From an uncultured Candidatus Rokubacteria bacterium (lineage in GTDB: Bacteria; Methylomirabilota; Methylomirabilia; Rokubacteriales; CSP1-6): a stretch of 64,000 bases of DNA. The notes beneath the pieces were generated by a model, which saw only the letters and a program-made list of their open reading frames with translations, ran no database searches and was not told where the DNA came from. A program made the translations under genes and the position numbers. The stretch spans positions 2,310,663 to 2,374,662 of the forward strand of contig CAWHBD010000001.1 of the NCBI GenBank assembly GCA_963827505.1, written 5' to 3'. Every line of letters starts with the position of its first letter. The first letter of the stretch is position 1. Positions 59,909-64,000 of this stretch are shown piece after piece.

Positions 59909-60744
59909 TGACCGATCAGGCGATATACGTGCCGGACGGAGTCGTAGTCACGATCCGTGGCCGGCTCGAACCCTCGCGACGCCGCCCGGGCCAGGATCGG
60001 CGCGGCGGCGGCATCGCTCTTCATGCCGATCAGGGCCTGGCGAACCTTGTCGACGACGGGAGCGGACAGGCGCGAGTGGGCGATCACCGCGAGGTCCGGA
60101 TAGCCCTGGGAGACGAAGACCTCGCGGAAGTGCAGCCCCTCACGCTCGGCGTACTGGGCGAGGAACCGCGAATTCACGGCCCCGCCGTCGACGCGCCGGG
60201 CCTTGAGCTGGGCCAGCACGCCTTCCTGGTTGCCGGCGAAGACCTCCTCGACCTTGACCCCGGCCTGGCGCAGAGCCAGCACGGGGACCGCGTACCCGAC
60301 GAACGCGTCGACCGACGGGAAGGCCACGCGGCGACCGTCGAGGTCCTTCAGGCTCTTGACGGGGCTGTCGGCAGGCACGGCGATGACGCCGCGGATCGGC
60401 TCGCCGGCCCAGCGGGCGATCACCCGGTAGCCCAGCGAATCGAACTCGGTCTGGAAGACGTGGTTGGTGAAGACGAAGTCGAGCTCGCCCTTCGCCATCA
60501 GTGCATTGGTCTCCTGCACCGTCGGACCCATGCGGAGCTGCAGCGGCACGCCGGTCTGGGTGGTGACGTAGTGCAGGATGGGGTTCCAGCGCTCGGCGGT
60601 CCGGGTCGGGCTCTGCTGGTTCAGGACACCGAAGGCCAGCGGCCGATCCTGGGCCAGGGCTCCGGTCACGAGGACGGCCACCGCGAGCCCGGCTCCCAGC
60701 GCCCTAGTCAGCCGTGCGGGTTCGCTACCCATTGTTTCCAGCAT
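59905..60744 (-). CDS. PhnD-like (phosphonate-bd family) periplasmic substrate-binding protein
   Basis: LAFGVLNQQSPTRTAERWNPILHYVTTQTGVPLQLRMGPTVQETNALMAKGELDFVFTN. The stop overlaps the kinase GTG start (GTGA). Confidence 0.78.
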   Translation of the reverse strand: MLETMGSEPARLTRALGAGLAVAVLVTGALAQDRPLAFGVLNQQSPTRTAERWNPILHYVTTQTGVPLQLRMGPTVQETNALMAKGELDFVFTNHVFQTEFDSLGYRVIARWAGEPIRGVIAVPADSPVKSLKDLDGRRVAFPSVDAFVGYAVPVLALRQAGVKVEEVFAGNQEGVLAQLKARRVDGGAVNSRFLAQYAEREGLHFREVFVSQGYPDLAVIAHSRLSAPVVDKVRQALIGMKSDAAAAPILARAASRGFEPATDRDYDSVRHVYRLIGQ

Positions 60745-60876
60745 AGCCGAGAGGGTCCCCAGACCAGCGACACGGAATCACGCGCCGGACGGGCCTCCGA
60801 TGCCCCCCACCGCCGTGAAACTTCTACATGATTGGCGCTCTAGGGGCCGGCGGGGGGCCCAAGTCCATCTCCTCGC

Positions 60877-62274
60877 TCAGGTCAGGCGACGCTCCACCAG
60901 CGGCAAGATGAAGTAGACGACGAAGGCGGCAGCGGCCAGATACAGCATCCAGTGGACGCGACCGCCCCGCCCGCTCAGCACCTTGATGGCCACGTACGTC
61001 ACGAAGCCGGCCCCGATCCCGTTGGTGATGGACCAGGTGAACGGCATCACCAGCATGGTGACGAAGGCCGGGATGGCCTCCTCGAAGTCGTCCCAGGCGA
61101 TCTCGCGAGCCACGCTCATCATGTAGAAGCCGACGATGATGAGCGCCGGCGCCGTGGCCTGGGCCGGGATCACGCTGGCCAGCGGGGAGAACCACATGGC
61201 CACCAGGAACAGCAACCCGGTGACGATGGCGACGAGCCCCGTGCGCCCGCCCTCGGCGACGCCGGCCGCGCTCTCGATGTACGTGGTGTTGCTGCTGCCG
61301 TTGGCCACGCCCCCCAGCACCGCGCCCAGCGAATCCACCAGGAGCACGCGATTGGAACCCGGCAGCCGCCCGTTCGGATCGAGGAAGCCGCCCTTGCCTC
61401 CGACGCCGATGATCGTCCCGATGGTGTCGAAGAAGTCGCTGAGCATGATCGAGAACGTCACCAGCACGGTGGCGAGGACGCCGAGCCGGGCGATCACGCC
61501 GAAGTCGAGCCGGCCGAACGTGGAAAAGTCGGGGAGCTGCACGATGGCGGCGGGCAGCTGGGCGGCGCCCGGCGTCGGAAAGCCCTTCCAGCCGGCCAGC
61601 GTCCCGTTCAGCCCGATGGCCAGGATGGTGGTGAGCACGATGCCCAGGAGCAGCGCACCCCGCACCCGGCGGGCCATGAGCCCGGCCGTCAGCACGAAGC
61701 CCAGCACGAAGACCACGCTGGGCAGCCCACCCAGCGCCCCGAGCCCCACCGGCAGCGGCCCCTTGTCCGGCTTCACGACGAATCCCGCCGTGAAGAAGCC
61801 GATGAACGCGATGAACAGGCCGATGCCGACGCTGATGGCGCGCTTGAGGCCGACCGGCACCGCCTCCAGCATCGCCTCCCGGAACCGGGTGACCACCAGC
61901 ACGGTGATGACGAACCCCTCCAGCACCACGATGGTCATCGCCTGGGGCCAGCTCAATCCCCGGCCGGCCACCAGCTCGAAGGCGACGACCGCGTTGAGCC
62001 CCATGCCGGGGGCCAGCGCAAAGGGATAGTTCGTCCACGCGCCCATCGCGATGGAGAGCAGGCCGGCGGTGAGGCACGTCACCGTCAGCGTCGCCGCGAA
62101 CGGCAGCCCCTTGCCATCGAGGCCGGGCACGCCGACGTAGCCGAGCACGATGGGGTTCACGAAGATGATGTAGGCCATGACCATGAAGGTGGCGGTACCG
62201 GCCCGCACCTCGGTGAGAGCGTCGGTGCCGCGCGCGCGCAGGTGGAACCAACGCTCGAGCGCTCCGTCGGCCAT
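60877..62274 (-). CDS. NCS2-family (AzgA-like) purine permease
   Basis: MADGALERWFHLRARGTDALTEVRAGTATFMVMAYIIFVNP... with many TM segments. The ORF-track N-terminal extension to 62433 overlaps the upstream gene. Confidence 0.85.
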   Translation of the reverse strand: MADGALERWFHLRARGTDALTEVRAGTATFMVMAYIIFVNPIVLGYVGVPGLDGKGLPFAATLTVTCLTAGLLSIAMGAWTNYPFALAPGMGLNAVVAFELVAGRGLSWPQAMTIVVLEGFVITVLVVTRFREAMLEAVPVGLKRAISVGIGLFIAFIGFFTAGFVVKPDKGPLPVGLGALGGLPSVVFVLGFVLTAGLMARRVRGALLLGIVLTTILAIGLNGTLAGWKGFPTPGAAQLPAAIVQLPDFSTFGRLDFGVIARLGVLATVLVTFSIMLSDFFDTIGTIIGVGGKGGFLDPNGRLPGSNRVLLVDSLGAVLGGVANGSSNTTYIESAAGVAEGGRTGLVAIVTGLLFLVAMWFSPLASVIPAQATAPALIIVGFYMMSVAREIAWDDFEEAIPAFVTMLVMPFTWSITNGIGAGFVTYVAIKVLSGRGGRVHWMLYLAAAAFVVYFILPLVERRLT

Positions 62275-62275
62275 C

Positions 62276-63901
62276 TCAGTCGCTCTCCCGAGCCCGCTCG
62301 CGCAGCACGAATTTCTGGATCTTGCCGGTGGAGGTCTTGGGCAGCGGCCCGAACACGACGTGGCGCGGCACCTTGAAGTGGGCGATGGTCCCGCGCAGGA
62401 AGCTGACGATCTCCTCGGCGGTGGCGCCGGCACCCGGCTTGAGGGTCACGAACGCGCACGGCGTTTCCCCCCAGCGGGCATCGGGCTTCGCCACCACCGC
62501 GGCCTCCATCACGGCCGGGTGCTTGTAGAGCGCCTCCTCGACCTCCAGCGACGAGATGTTCTCGCCGCCGGAGATGATCACGTCCTTGCTGCGGTCCTTG
62601 ATCTCGATGTAGCCGTCCGGATGCCAGACGGCCAGGTCACCCGTGTGGAACCACCCGCCCGCGAACGCGGTCTCCGTCGCCCGCGGGTTCTTGAGGTAGC
62701 CCTTCATGAGCGTATTGCCGCGCAGCATCACCTCGCCCAGCGTGGCGCCGTCGCGCGGCACCGGCGCCAGTGTCGCGGGATCGGCCACCATCAGCCCCGC
62801 CGCCGTCGGGTAGCCGACCCCCTGCCGAGCCATGCGGCCGGCGCGCTCGGCGAGCGGCAGTTCCTCCCACGCCTCCTGCCAGGCGCAGAACGAGGCGGGG
62901 CCATAGGACTCGGTGAGGCCGTAGAGATGGGTGACGCGGAAGCCCATGGCCTCCATCGCAGCGATGACTGTCGAGGGCGGCGCCGCGCCCCCGGTGGCGA
63001 TCTCCACGGGGTGGGCGAAGGTCTGCTTCACCTCGGCCGGGGCGTGGATGAGCATCGTCATGATGATCGGCGCCCCGCACATGTGGGTGACGCCATGGCG
63101 GGCGATGGCCGGGAAGATCAGCGCGGGATCGACCCGGCGCAGGCACACGTGGGTGCCGCCGACCGCGGTCACCGCCCACGTGTAGGTCCAGCCGCTGCAG
63201 TGGAACATGGGCAGGGTCCACAGATAGACCGTGCGGGGCGACAGGCCGAAGGTCAGCGCGTTGCCGAGCGCGTTGAGGTAGGCGCCGCGATGGTGGTAGA
63301 CGACGCCCTTGGGATCGCCCGTCGTGCCCGAGGTGTAGAGCAGGCAGATCGCCTGCCACTCGTCGACGGGCGGCTCCCACGTCGCCTCGGGGTCGCCCTC
63401 GGCCAGCAAGGCCTCGTAGTCCTTCTCGCCGAGCCGCCGCCCGCCCTCGTCCAGCGGATCGTCGACGTCGATCACGGGGATTGGCCGGCCGAGCAGGCGC
63501 AGCGCCTCCTCGACGGTGGGCGAGAACTCCCGATCCGTGATGAGCAGCTTCGCCTCGCCGTGGTCGAGGATGAAGGCGATGGTGCGCGCGTCCAGGCGAT
63601 AGTTCAGCGGGTTGAGGACGGCGCCGGCCATGGGGACGCCGTAGTGGGCCTCTAGCATGGCGGGGACGTTGGGCGCCACGATCGCCACCGTGTCGCCGCG
63701 GCCGATGCCACGGCGGGCCAGGGCCGAGGCCAGCCGGCGGCAGCGCGCGTAGAGCTCGGTGTAGGTGAAGGCGCGGTCGCCGTGGACGACCGCCGTCTTG
63801 CCCGCGTAGACCTGGGCCGCCCAGGCCAGGAACGACAGCGGCGTGAGCGACGCAAAGTTGGCCGGCCGGCGGCCGAGGTCCTGGTCGAAGGCACCGGCCA
63901 C
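62276..63901 (-). CDS. AMP-forming acyl-CoA synthetase (medium-chain type)
   Basis: Intact 541 aa. LLYTSGTTGDPKGVVYHHRGAYLNA, YGLTESYGP, FHTGDLAVWHPDGYIEIKDRSKDVIISGGENISS, TSTGKIQKF. Confidence 0.85.
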   Translation of the reverse strand: MAGAFDQDLGRRPANFASLTPLSFLAWAAQVYAGKTAVVHGDRAFTYTELYARCRRLASALARRGIGRGDTVAIVAPNVPAMLEAHYGVPMAGAVLNPLNYRLDARTIAFILDHGEAKLLITDREFSPTVEEALRLLGRPIPVIDVDDPLDEGGRRLGEKDYEALLAEGDPEATWEPPVDEWQAICLLYTSGTTGDPKGVVYHHRGAYLNALGNALTFGLSPRTVYLWTLPMFHCSGWTYTWAVTAVGGTHVCLRRVDPALIFPAIARHGVTHMCGAPIIMTMLIHAPAEVKQTFAHPVEIATGGAAPPSTVIAAMEAMGFRVTHLYGLTESYGPASFCAWQEAWEELPLAERAGRMARQGVGYPTAAGLMVADPATLAPVPRDGATLGEVMLRGNTLMKGYLKNPRATETAFAGGWFHTGDLAVWHPDGYIEIKDRSKDVIISGGENISSLEVEEALYKHPAVMEAAVVAKPDARWGETPCAFVTLKPGAGATAEEIVSFLRGTIAHFKVPRHVVFGPLPKTSTGKIQKFVLRERARESD

Positions 63902-63912
63902 GCCGCCCGTCC

Positions 63913-64000
63913 CTACAGCGGCCGGCGGAGCAGACGGCCCAGCTCGCCGACCACGCCCCGGCGGAAGGTCAGCACGCAGACCACGAAGATGGCGCCCTGC
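63913..64000 (-). CDS. 3' end (last ~28 codons) of another Liv-type ABC permease gene, cut by window edge
   Basis: The hand translation QGAIFVVCVLTFRRGVVGELGRLLRRPL-TAG resembles permease C-termini. Confidence 0.45.
   Translation of the reverse strand, partial: QGAIFVVCVLTFRRGVVGELGRLLRRPL

Overview
This is a very GC-rich (about 70 % by eye, not computed), almost fully coding bacterial chromosomal segment. I recognise about 50 protein genes and no rRNA, tRNA or CRISPR array.

Gene content by region:
- 1-13.3 kb (mostly minus strand): amidohydrolase, peroxiredoxin-like protein, Zn-ribbon/adenylate-cyclase/AAA/TPR signalling protein, PhzF, a TPP-fold protein, an aminotransferase, an FGE-like protein coupled to an internally duplicated membrane protein, a Rieske oxygenase, a glutaredoxin-like/DinB fusion and an enoyl-CoA hydratase.
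- 13.3-25.6 kb: a roughly 2600-aa hybrid histidine kinase with 13 tandem GAF domains, pyruvate kinase and uvrA.
- 25.6-34.5 kb: a two-gene membrane module; a PIG-L deacetylase / TM-peroxiredoxin-like / double-DinB / YbaK operon; an M28-PDZ peptidase; a FAAL-like ligase; an F420-type LLM oxidoreductase.
- 34.5-57.4 kb: one long minus-strand array. It holds two transaldolase-family genes (one a Tal-Pgi fusion), a PfkB kinase, an SDR, an acyl-CoA dehydrogenase, an AMP-ligase, a lipoprotein truncated haemoglobin, and two tandem paralogous six-gene cassettes (LivFGHMK-type ABC transporter plus a long-chain acyl-CoA-synthetase-like enzyme).
- 57.5-64 kb: a HAMP-GAF hybrid kinase with a PhnD-like binding protein, an NCS2 permease and an acyl-CoA synthetase.

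Most interesting observations:
1. Two genes carry an in-frame TGA exactly at the first Cys of a CxxC redox motif. Each is followed by a SECIS-like hairpin, one with the fdhF-type GGUC loop. They are candidate selenoproteins sitting in DinB/PIG-L thiol-type neighbourhoods.
2. A ~122-bp palindromic MITE/REP-like element occurs twice, both times in an intercistronic spacer.
3. uvrA contains a 225-bp in-frame insertion that is flanked by direct repeats and contains a hairpin.
4. The histidine kinase has 13 tandem GAF domains.
5. Frame-breaking indels are extremely dense in some blocks (first 5 kb, uvrA, the ACAD gene, the 14-kb transporter array) and absent from others (17 kb including a 7.8-kb ORF). 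This looks more like uneven consensus quality than biology, but it needs a read-level check.
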